Shown here in pieces: positions 20,601-29,728 of a DNA stretch of 64,000 nt. Both the position numbers and the translations under genes were made by a program. The stretch covers positions 2,790,001 through 2,854,000 of the forward strand of contig OX337230.1 of the NCBI GenBank assembly GCA_946965045.2, given 5' to 3'. This stretch comes from Epithemia pelagica (lineage: Eukaryota > Protista > Bacillariophyta). The notes below the pieces were generated by a model, which ran no database searches, was not told where the DNA came from, and saw only the letters and a program-made list of their open reading frames with translations. Numbering within the stretch: the stretch's first letter is position 1; every line of letters starts with the position of its first letter.

Positions 20601-23299
20601 CGTCATCACCCACCCACTCCGGTCGCACTCCTCTTGAGGCTCTCTCCGGACGCCCACCCGACATTACTCATCTCTTGTTCTTTCCTTTCTGGGATGAGGT
20701 TTACTATCGTGTCGACCCCGCTGAACCCAATTCCGGTTCATATCCATCTTCTTCTGATGAGAAACTTGGCCACTGGGTTGGTTTTGCTCACAACGTTGGT
20801 GATTCTTTTACTTGGAAGATTCTCACCCAGGATAACCAGATCATCTACCGTTCTGCCGTTCGCCGTGTTGAATCCACTACACCTAACCTACGTGTGGATC
20901 GACCTTCAGGGGAGGATTCGTCTGACAAGGATGACAATGATAAGCAAGCTGACACTGTCTTCATTCGCAGTGATAGTGAAGATCCATCCAAACCAATGCC
21001 CACGATCGATTTTGACGACATGATAGGACGCACATTCCTATGCGACACAGAAGAAAATGGGGAGCGACACCGTGCACGTGTCATCAAACGAGTCATTGAT
21101 CTTAATGAAGAAGCAACGAAACAGGAAGAACGTGTCAAGTATATCTACCGAAAGACAAATTCTGATGTTGATGAGATGATATCCTATAATCAACTCATGG
21201 AGTATATCGAACGAGATAACCAAGCTCAAACCTCTGGAGATAATCTTTTCAGGTTCAGGGACGTCATTGCCCATCAAGGCCCACTGAACACAACTGATCC
21301 AGATTACAAGGGGAGCAAATATAATTTGCTTGTTGATTGGGAAACTGGGGAGACTACCTATGAACCTTTATCACTCATCGCCAATGATGATCCGATCACT
21401 GTAGCAATTTATGGAAAGAAACATGATTTACTCAACGAACCTGGATGGAAGCATTTGAAACGTTATGTCAAAACAAGCAAACGTCTCATTCGAGCAGCCA
21501 AACAGTCAAGGATTAAACAAGTTCACCATTCCGTCAAGTATAAGTTTGGATTCCAAGTACCACGCAATTATGAGGAAGCTGTCACTCTTGATAAACAACA
21601 TGGCAACACAAAGTGGCAAGATGCAACAGAATTAGAATTGTCACAGATCCAGTCCTACAAGACATTCAAGGATTTTGGGAAAGCCATCTTCATTAAAGGG
21701 AAAGTATCCAATGCACCTGAAGGATATCATAAGATACGTGTACATCTTGTCTTTGACGTAAAACATGATGGACGACATAAAGCAAGACTTGTCGCAGATG
21801 GACATCTCACAAAAGAACCTGTTGAGACAATCTATTCAGGTGTTGTTTCCATTCGCAACCTCCGCATTGCCTTATTCCTGGGTACTTTGAATGACTTGGA
21901 AATATGGGGAGCAGATATTGGAAACGCATATCTGGAAGCCTTGACAGGGGAGAAACTTTTCATTGTCGCAGGACCTGAATTCAAGGAATTAGAAGGTCAC
22001 ATCCTGATTATATACAAGGCACTTTATGGATTGAAGTCATCAGGCGCACGCTGGCATGATGTCTTATTCGATGTTTTGACAGACATGGGATTTTCACCAA
22101 GCAAAGCAGATCCGGATATCTGGATGAGGAAGGCACCTGGAGAAGACTGTTACGAATACGTTGCCGTATACGTTGATGACTTAGCCATTATTTCTACTGA
22201 TCCTGGGAATATCTGCAAGATCCTGAAGGAGAAATACAACTTCAAACTCAAAGGAGATGGACCTATTGATTTCCACTTGGGATGTTGTTACACCAAGGAT
22301 TCTGATGGAACATTAGTAGCAGATCCAAGACGCTACATTGGTAAGATGATGGACACTTTCGAACGAATCTTCAAGGAGAAACCCAAGAAAGCCAAAACAC
22401 CTCTTATTGGTGGAGACCATCCTGAATTGGACGATTCTGAGCTCCTTGATGAAGAAGGTACTAACCATTTCCAAACTCTGATTGGACAACTTCAATGGGT
22501 GATCACTATTGGTCATTTCGACGTCTTCACCGCTACAATGACGCTATCACGCTTTCGTGCTGCTCCGAGGAAAGGACATCTTGATAGAGCCAAGCGTATC
22601 TATGGATACCTTGCACATCTCCCAGAAGGCGCAATCAGATTTAGGATTGGAGAGCCTGATTATTCAAGTCTTCCTACCCAAGAATTTGATTGGACTCGCA
22701 CTGTCTATTCGAATGCAAGTGAACGTATTCCTGAAGACTGCCCAACACCTCTTGGCCGCTATGTTACTACAACTCATTATGTTGATGCCAATCTCATGCA
22801 TGACATAGTCACTGGTAAATCCGTCACTGCTGTTCTACATTTGTTGAACGGAACACCTATTGACTGGTACAGCAAGAGACAGAGCACAGTGGAAACTGCT
22901 ACCTATGGATCCGAGTTCGTGGCTGCAAGGACAGCAATAGATCAGATTACAGAATTACGACATTCTCTCCGCTACCTTGGAGTACCTATCCGAGAGCGAA
23001 GTTACATGTACGGAGATAACAGATCTGTTGTGCTCAATGCAACCGTTCCTCATTCCATACTATCCAAGAGACACCATCTTCTGTCATACCACCGAGTTCG
23101 TGAAGCCATCGCAGCAAAGTATGTTGCATTCTACTGGAAAGATGGAAAGACCAACCCCGCCGATATCCTTAGCAAACATTGGGATTTCGTATCTATCTGG
23201 CCCATGCTCAAGCCATTGTTGTTTTGGAAAGGAGAAGTTCAAGACCTCAACAAATCCAATGATGACAAGGCTGAAACGACGAGTTGTGGGGAGTGTTAG
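17612..23299 (+). CDS. Copia Gag-Pol polyprotein (1895 aa)
   Basis: Protease LIDRGANGG. Integrase core (TDSVFSD..ISDGG..AENRYQ). RT KARLVADGH, ADIGNAYL, ALYGLKSSG, YVDDL. RNase H YVDAN, SEFVAA, YGDNRS, ADILSK. Confidence 0.97.
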   Translation: MDPQSPKTPTTPKGEDNQDNVSDTDLFDHIIFTVCQFFTKERADYLMKWMKYHGFENITHVISYMQTNTEESMKELTQYKVNKQTHDLQGPTRQQIKLLAYWATYKTNEIQDELSNSDWMNLTRKEFNTWRINTDFSKGPPSQVPISPMKSPSSVKSVSTVTAASQSQQDLTAFRKGTKRDATAYEVFKDERYYDSFWRVFKTTAKAQGLSNVLNFEYTPPHDDEYAEELFQEQQVFLYSVLVRIIQTDQGRAYVREHEHDEDARAVLQKLHSLHTESDLAKREVLRLTNYISNLRLDDTWRGTTRQFLLHFQEQLRLLDNLVTLSDRIPDHTRMTFLMQAVEKVPDLRRVKILDNVVNTKSGAKSLCYQSYFRLLLDAAYDHDQATQSSVHSRRRHVKQHESLYGQDTDADITSQDDMEYHVHNTKATSESPSSSSKVSLPRDLWFKLSEEDRKLIIEYNKMIQAPSSTTPRTVQTHALDIDPEPDPDPNQVVSDDDSPGVVTEHSDDSDPVTQFINQAMTTDINHPATDLTSVLSNAKSKTSKKVTFKANMHKQAGHVPRYLFSRKSTLPGNQLIDRGANGGLAGSDMRILSKTGRHITIVGIDNHELTGLPVVTCAAKFETNDGPIVGIFNEYAYYGKGLSIHAPGQFEHFGLAVDERSVKVDGKQRITTLDGRAIPLHIKDGLAYIHSLGIPSDDDMDTLPQIIFTSPDTWDPGVLDHSYSPTPSDNDPDWKHVKTDGSMSNHPYDNYGEYTDRVVCNLNLLLDLPYDHGPDDAPFFSIYADAEGNDPTLHASVHRRYQEAYDWKKFRPFFGWQSEDVIADTFKHTTRNGSITFDHDTLKKHFKARNPVLNIPRRHEPVATDSVFSDTPAVDHGGKVAQIFVGRDTLVTDIYGIKSTKQFVNTLQDNIRFRGAMETLISDGGSSLISQKVKDILRTLLIGEYRSEPYHQHQNKAENRYQTVKRMTNALMNATGCPANTWLLCLEYVCDLLNHTSSPTHSGRTPLEALSGRPPDITHLLFFPFWDEVYYRVDPAEPNSGSYPSSSDEKLGHWVGFAHNVGDSFTWKILTQDNQIIYRSAVRRVESTTPNLRVDRPSGEDSSDKDDNDKQADTVFIRSDSEDPSKPMPTIDFDDMIGRTFLCDTEENGERHRARVIKRVIDLNEEATKQEERVKYIYRKTNSDVDEMISYNQLMEYIERDNQAQTSGDNLFRFRDVIAHQGPLNTTDPDYKGSKYNLLVDWETGETTYEPLSLIANDDPITVAIYGKKHDLLNEPGWKHLKRYVKTSKRLIRAAKQSRIKQVHHSVKYKFGFQVPRNYEEAVTLDKQHGNTKWQDATELELSQIQSYKTFKDFGKAIFIKGKVSNAPEGYHKIRVHLVFDVKHDGRHKARLVADGHLTKEPVETIYSGVVSIRNLRIALFLGTLNDLEIWGADIGNAYLEALTGEKLFIVAGPEFKELEGHILIIYKALYGLKSSGARWHDVLFDVLTDMGFSPSKADPDIWMRKAPGEDCYEYVAVYVDDLAIISTDPGNICKILKEKYNFKLKGDGPIDFHLGCCYTKDSDGTLVADPRRYIGKMMDTFERIFKEKPKKAKTPLIGGDHPELDDSELLDEEGTNHFQTLIGQLQWVITIGHFDVFTATMTLSRFRAAPRKGHLDRAKRIYGYLAHLPEGAIRFRIGEPDYSSLPTQEFDWTRTVYSNASERIPEDCPTPLGRYVTTTHYVDANLMHDIVTGKSVTAVLHLLNGTPIDWYSKRQSTVETATYGSEFVAARTAIDQITELRHSLRYLGVPIRERSYMYGDNRSVVLNATVPHSILSKRHHLLSYHRVREAIAAKYVAFYWKDGKTNPADILSKHWDFVSIWPMLKPLLFWKGEVQDLNKSNDDKAETTSCGEC

Positions 23300-24076
23300 A
23301 ATTCTCACCATCTATGGTGGTTAGATTCTACATCTCATCGATTCCCCATGTCACATAGCCTCGTGCTATCGCATCATGCCCTCTAGCTTCGAGCTATGTT
23401 TCCTAGCTTCGCGCTATATCGACCTATATTTCTTCGCAAATCATGAAAAGTGAGAATAGATTGACGAACTCACTCTCAAGACTAAATTGGGTCGTGCGGT
23501 ATTACAACGGACGTAAATTTGGCCGTTGCTCGGACACTGTACTAACGCCCTAAGCGTACGCGCCCGAAATCATCGAGCGTGCCCAAGCGACATCCGAGCG
23601 CTATCGGCATCTATCCGATCCAACGGTCTAAGTATCCCAAGCACGACACACGATCACGCGAGACCATATTTCCATTCCCACAATCTCCAAATTGTCAACA
23701 AGCTGCGCGCCATGAAAACAACTATGCCAACCCAAAGCAAGAGCTGTTGACCCTGTATATGTTATCCGCCCACATATACATGTCATATACATCACATGAA
23801 TCAACTCCAACTATTCCAAACCTGTTGCCGCCAAGAACCTATGATACATGACCCTTGGCAGGACCGAACATTTCACGTAGACCTATCGTAGTAATCAACA
23901 CACAATCTAACAATATCACCATTTATCACATCCTCTTTTGTGTCCCGACTATCCTTCTGATAGACTTCGACTTGCTTGCTTCTCTGACCCTGAGAAGCTT
24001 GTATCGGTTGGTGACCTACCTGATTGTCTGCTCTACCGAGCATCAATGTCCCTACGATTCAGAAAGAATTGTAACA
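23294..24076 (+). repeat. 3' LTR (783 bp), preceded by a short purine tract (GGGGAG)
   Basis: Duplicate of 15693-16475; followed by the TSD CATGC. Confidence 0.97.
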
Positions 24077-25917
24077 CATGCCTTAGACGAGAAGGAAAAC
24101 TGCTTGTAGATCGATTCGTCCTGGCCGATGAGGATGACAGGTTTGCGGTCGGAGGGAAACCTGTGTGACAAGTTTCCATTGTGAATTGTGTTTTCTGGTT
24201 TGATGTACCGTTCAAATTCGCTTGGGAAGGCATCAACATGGTACTCCCGCATCTGCTTGCCTGTTGTTACATCAGTGTACTCAAATACAAAGCTGTTTGG
24301 CAAGAGCTTCTCCTTGCCCGCATTCCCTTTGTTTTTAAGTTTGATTGCATCCTCGGTAGGGAGCTGCACCCACCGATACGACAGCTCTTCCCACTTAAAG
24401 TACTTCTTGACAAAAGCAGCTCTGTGGGCAACATTCTCAGCATTTTCGTGTCGATCAGTGAAGTATGTTTTCGTGTGTTCCTTGAACACGAACCCTGCAG
24501 CAGCAATACATCGCCACGCTGTGCTTTGCGAAATGGTGGAAAGCTTCATCAATGCCAAGAAGGCCTCGTACGATACTGGCGTTGCATTCGTATCCATGCA
24601 CTCTTGTACGATCATGGTATGCATATCCGGAAGCAATGTTGTCCTCAGGTACATTAGAGCAGACTCTGTTGTAAGAGTGCTCAGGTTTTCCTTTGCCCAG
24701 CATTCAAACTTTACCTTTGCTTCAGGTATGTGAACGAATAAGACGGGCGATGGCTCTTTCCCAATATGAACGTGGTAGTTGGGATGAGGGAAACTGTCGT
24801 TTTCCCGAAAGTACCTGTGAAAACGAGCAATGGTCTTGGGATGTTTTTTTACTTTTTCACCATAAATCTGTTCCATTTTGCTAATGGCTTCGCTTATGCA
24901 GTTCAGCCATGTACGACCGTGTGGCATATCAAGCAACGCTATCTTATAAGAAAGTTGTAAATACGTTGCCTTGAGCAGTACCCTCTGTTGCTGTTCCTGG
25001 TTGAGGGGGAAGATGTCTCCCTTGTTAACCACATTCGGAAGTGCCTCCACGTTGGAAATGGCCCTTTCAAGGGTTTCTATCCATCGCTCAAGATTTCGTT
25101 TTGACGATCCTGGAGAATCGCATTTGCCGGCAAAGAGCCTACGGTTCCTTGGCTCATCAAAATAGGCGCTTTCCATTTGTTGCGATAGACCTTGGATCAT
25201 CTCACTCTCGAAAACTGAAAAACCAATCGGCAAACTCTGTGGATGGTCATGGCCGATTTTGTCTGTGGCCAATTCAGGATGTTGGATTGCTCCAACAAGC
25301 ACCTGATTTGTGTTGTCGTGAGGTGGTGACGTTTGCATTTCGGTAGGGCTGTCTCCAATTTGTGGCGGTTGACCATGTTGCTGCGTTGCAGTGCTCTTGA
25401 TTGCTGGTGGAGTTGAAGTGTTTCTTGCTTGCTTGGATGTATTTAGCGTGCCTTCACGCAACCCTGGTGACTCTTCGTTCCTTCGCTTCGTTGGCTTCGC
25501 TCGTCCCGACCGCCGAATCGTGTTCGTTTCTGCAGCCTCCAGCCATTCTTGGTGATCGTCGAATATCACTGGCCGTGTTGTTGTGTCGGAGCTTACATAA
25601 AAGAATGTGTATCTTTTCTTTTGGATTGTGACTTTGTGGCGGTACCAGCCAAACTTGTTTGGTTCCGACGTCTCAGCTTCGAAACAGAGTTTAAGGACAA
25701 CATCTTTAGACAAAACAAGATGCAGTCTGGTTGTTGACAGTCCTGGCAACCAAGTGCTCATGTATCCTACAATGTTGGTGTCTTAGATCCACTTGTCGCA
25801 GAATCCAAACGAGGTTGGGGAGCATCGCGTCTTGAAGACGTCAAGAACCTCTTTCGTAGATAAACTTCGTTCCATCCGAGACTGTGTTGCGTCGGTTGGG
25901 TCCGATGATCGTGTCAT
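24077..25917 (-). pseudogene. N-terminal half of the IS630/Tc1-like transposase (HTH region and first catalytic Asp); an in-frame TAA at 25783-25785 may interrupt the original N-terminus
   Basis: STAWRCIAAAGFVFKEHTKTYFTDRHE resembles the winged-HTH region of IS630-type enzymes; LIGQDESIYKQ holds the first Asp. The frame stays open upstream to ATG 25917 apart from one TAA. Confidence 0.82.
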
Positions 25918-25928
25918 TGAGGATGATG

Positions 25929-26017
25929 CCAACCGCAAACGATGTTGCCCCGTTGGGGGTGTTTCAAGTAAACCCTAAAGCGTCCGGATGCAGCTCGGCA
26001 ACATCGTTTGCGGTTGG
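25929..26017. repeat. Perfect 21-bp inverted repeat with a 47-nt spacer in the transposase leader
   Basis: ccaaccgcaaacgatgttgcc (25929-25949) and ggcaacatcgtttgcggttgg (25997-26017). Confidence 0.85.
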
Positions 26018-26225
26018 GATGGCCCTTCACCATGGTCGTTAGACAACAACCGTTTTTTCATCATTTTCGACGGAATTCTAGCGTTCGGAAGCTGTCACAC
26101 ATCACGGTACGAATAAAAAATTTATTAATCAGACACTGGGTTGTCACGAGTCGGACACTTTCATTCACTAGTCAGGCCAAACGCTATTGAGGATTATATT
26201 TTATGGTACTAAATCTACGAGGGGT

Positions 26226-26259
26226 CTACGTCAGGAACATACTCCCTGAACTCAGCTTG
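26226..26259 (-). repeat. Right TIR
   Basis: ctacgtcaggaacatactccctgaactcagcttg, followed by TA. Confidence 0.9.
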
Positions 26260-26603
26260 TAATCCTCATGAAGCACCACCGCTGGGGGATACCGCACCAA
26301 AAACCACAACCACAACCGTCCCAAGCCCACCGGACGGCACCAACGATCTACGATAGAGATTCATCGCTAGCTGGAGTCATTGCTTCAAATCCATTTCGGA
26401 GTTGGAGACTTACAGATCACAAATCTTGGGTGCAGAAAAGCGTTTGCGTTAGGTTATAGAGTGGAGTTTTTTCGGTGACTGAGTATAACGGGACATCATG
26501 CAGCAGCAAACTCCGTTGAAATCTTCCAGACCAAATAGTGGACGAATCCCCGTTTCACCAGCGGCAACAGAGGTAAGTTTGAAAAGAGTTATTGTTGTAA
26601 AGG

Positions 26604-27344
26604 ATGGTTGAATGGAAGGCTTGTACCGATTGTTTAAGGCCAACCAGGGAGGTTCTTGATGACTGCACAAATTACGATCTGACTCTTCCAAGCGATGAAA
26701 ATAACCAACGACAGGAGGAACGTGAACAGACATTGCGTGATTATAAAGTTACCATCGAATACAAACACTTGAAAAGCCATTCGCCGGGAGGTGTTTATCT
26801 GGTTCCATCACTGGGTGACCTTCGTCTCTTTTATGGTGTAATTTTTGTTCGGCGAGGACCATTTACCAATGGAATATTTAAATTCGAACTGAAGCTACCG
26901 CCTACGTACAACGACGTCAATCAACATCCAAGAATTATATTTTCGAGTTACGTTTACAATCCACATGTGGATGTGGATTCGGGAGAGCTTGACATTAAAA
27001 CCGCCTACCCGAAATGGGATCCAAGCAAACACTATTTGGTGACTGTGTTGACGTTCTTGAAAAAGATATTTTATGCCAAGGCGTTTGATGATGCGCTAGC
27101 GAACGAAGAGGCCAAGGTGTTGTCTCAAACTGATCCAGTAGAATACAGGAAACGCGTCGACGATTGCGTGGGACAATCTCAGAAGAAGGCCTTTGCGAAT
27201 TATGAGGGATCAACAGCTAAATTCACCGAGGAAATTTTGGGACACCGTGTCTTGCGTGATCTCCTCAAAGCTAACGTTCGGGAACCGTCTCAGGTTTCCA
27301 AACAAGCGGTTCTGTCAATGATTGATAAGGCTAGTAAAGTGTAA
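26604..27344 (+). CDS. AKTIP: AKTIP/Ft1-like catalytically inactive E2 variant (5' end uncertain; possible upstream exon from ~26498)
   Basis: GVYLVPS...GVIFVRRGPFTNGIFKF...YNPHVD...GELD (Asp in place of the catalytic Cys)...LKKIFY. Confidence 0.8.
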   Translation: MVEWKACTDCLRPTREVLDDCTNYDLTLPSDENNQRQEEREQTLRDYKVTIEYKHLKSHSPGGVYLVPSLGDLRLFYGVIFVRRGPFTNGIFKFELKLPPTYNDVNQHPRIIFSSYVYNPHVDVDSGELDIKTAYPKWDPSKHYLVTVLTFLKKIFYAKAFDDALANEEAKVLSQTDPVEYRKRVDDCVGQSQKKAFANYEGSTAKFTEEILGHRVLRDLLKANVREPSQVSKQAVLSMIDKASKV

Positions 27345-27429
27345 AATTTTCATGCATTTTGGAGAACTGTTGAGTTTCGAGAGTACTTCTAGTAGTTTAT
27401 TCCCCCCAATATCCAGTGAGAGATACATG

Positions 27430-27788
27430 CTAGCTATACGATTCTGCCAATGAATCTGGAGGTGGTCCATCACCACCAGGTACAAGTACTGCAATTTGGT
27501 TTCCGTTCAAAAGTATCTCTGTATGAAGTTCAACCTTGATTACTTTGCTCTTGTCATTCGGATCTTGAATGTATTCTGTCGCGTCATCGAGCACCAAATT
27601 CACCTTAAAGCAAACAAGAAGAGTAAGGATTTCTGCCGAGGACACAGGTTTGCAGGAACAATTACACTTACATAATCATCAAACCCCCGCAACACCCCCA
27701 CAACTTCCTTACTCCCTCTCATCAGGACCCATATCTTTGAGCCTATTGCTTTGTCGATCAATTCCAGCGGTAGTGTTCGGGATGCCAT
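27430..27788 (-). CDS. LSM5: Sm-like protein LSm5, 2 exons (intron 27604-27671), 96 aa
   Basis: [18 protein letters not shown]...GFDDYVNLVLDD...[15 protein letters not shown]. Confidence 0.93.
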
Positions 27789-28238
27789 TTCTTAATCTTG
27801 GACGATGCTTTACCCTGTGGATAGGCTATGACTATCGATCCTCAATCGAAAGCTGAAGTGCCGTTTGTCGAAAATTAGAATAGATGTGGTTACGTGGTTG
27901 CAGTGTCGCTGGGTGCAACTGCGAGCGCATTTTCTCCTCGATTGCATACCCCCAAGTGGTGGTATTTGGTCGCATGTGTGTCGTGCTTTTGGTCTGAATC
28001 ATAAAGAATGATCTCCAGTTAATCCTCATGACTCTCCGACGCTGGGGCGTAATGGGGCCTGTCGCGAATTGGAAAATCCAACATCCATCCTCATCATCAA
28101 GGACGGTGGAACTAAGTAGCTGGCTCTAAAGAGTGGTCGTGTCCTTCTGGTGTTTACAATTTTCAAATACAACCTCCAACAAACGGAGGAGCATCACTTG
28201 AAGCTGAACGACGCAGACGTCGTGTAAAGACGTGAATC

Positions 28239-29474
28239 ATGCTATTTTCGTCCGGTCGAGCCGGTATAGAGGTATCGACAGCAAGCGTTGTCGAATTTGG
28301 AGCTCATAGAACTAGTTCCCGGAGTGTGTCTTGGAACCACACAGGTTTTTATCTTGCATACGCATCGTCTGATTGGAAAGCTCGCCTAGTAACACTTGAC
28401 AGCAGTACGGCGACCGCACGTGAGACCCATGTTATTACAGGTCATACAGGACCGGTGACCAAGGTCAGGTTTCATCCAAAAGAAGTCACGTCGGTAAGAG
28501 TTTAATGAGATTGGAAGAATTGATGGAGGTGTAGAGGAAGATGGAAGCAACCTCGATGCTAAGTCAACGTCTGTTTTCCATCCATGAAATTCTGTATTTC
28601 GGTCTGTTACATACATGGTGGACAATGCCAGGTTCTCACTGCATCAGCAGATCAAACAATACGTCTTTGGGATGTGAGACAATCCTCACCAAATGCAGTG
28701 GGTATGGTGGAAGGAAAGCAAGCTGTGTCGGTTGAGTGGGGTCGAGAGGATTCATTGAGTCAGTACATGATTGTCACAGAAAGAAGTGGGATTGTTTCGA
28801 TCTACGACAAAAGACTTCTTCAGTCGAGCCGTTCATCTGGAAGCGCATCGGCAGGTGGTACTGGACGGTCTACAAAAGCAGTTCATACATTCAATCAGCT
28901 TCCCGTTGTTGTTGACTGTGCAATCTTTAGTCCTTCTGGTGGGCAATACGTCGTTGGGGGTGTCACTTATCATGGAGAGGGGATGGCTGACATTGCGGTT
29001 TGGAAATGGACGAAAAGTGAACAGGAAATTGATACGGGAGTAACTACTGCAATCAGTAGTCGATACCCAGCGCACGCTGGGCCAATCTTTGCGATGGATC
29101 TGTCGCCAGATGGAAAACGATTAGCGACGGGTGGATCAGATGCTTTGGTTGGGTTATGGGATACTGACAGTATGATTTGTACCCATACGTTTTCCCATCC
29201 GACAAAACTTGTACGAAGTGTTGCCTTTTCTCATGATGGGCGTATTCTTGCAATGAGCAATGAAGAGAACGACATTTTCCTTGCCGAATCGGCTAATGGA
29301 ATCTCGTTGGGGTCCGTGGCATTGGGCCATCGGCGTGGAGGAGCGGAGGAAGTTGCGTGGCATCCAACTGCACTGGTTCTTGCATGCGCAAGGACGGAGC
29401 AATTTCTGGGAGATCGCCCCCCTCCCCCTCCAATAGCAGTTGCAAAATTAAATATCACTTCTACTAGTCAGTGA
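28239..29474 (+). CDS. THOC3: WD40 protein, THO complex subunit 3-like (intron 28494-28631)
   Basis: WD repeats. LATGGSDALVGLWD...VRSVAFSHDGRILA matches the THOC3/Tex1 pattern. Confidence 0.8.
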
Positions 29475-29728
29475 AAGGAAGGCTTCTAAAGCACAGAAGG
29501 GCGCGATCTTTCAGTTTGAGGCCCGTTTCATGATGAATAACTGTTGAAGGTTTCTTAGTGGTGGACAACTTTTCTGGAATACGAAATATTGTGACAGTCT
29601 ACTTTTATTATGTCTGCAACGTCTCCAAGCCGCCCGTTTTTTCGAACTTTCTCCAAACTCCTACTTGAATAATTGCAAAGGCAGCTTCCAGAGGAATAAG
29701 ATCGTTTAAGGTGAAGAAGATAGCTGAA

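Larger units (their letters stand above)
15693..24076 (+). mobile_element. Full-length Ty1/copia LTR retrotransposon (CoDi-like), 8384 bp
   Basis: Two 783-bp TG...CA LTRs, 5-bp TSD CATGC (15688-15692, 24077-24081), intact gag-pol with PR-INT-RT-RH order. Confidence 0.97.
8130..26259 (-). mobile_element. Large cargo-carrying IS630/Tc1/mariner-like DNA transposon (~9.74 kb once the nested copia and one TSD copy are removed)
   Basis: 34-bp terminal inverted repeats (31/34 identical), TA immediately outside both ends (8128-8129, 26260-26261), and an internal DDE transposase gene. Confidence 0.88.
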
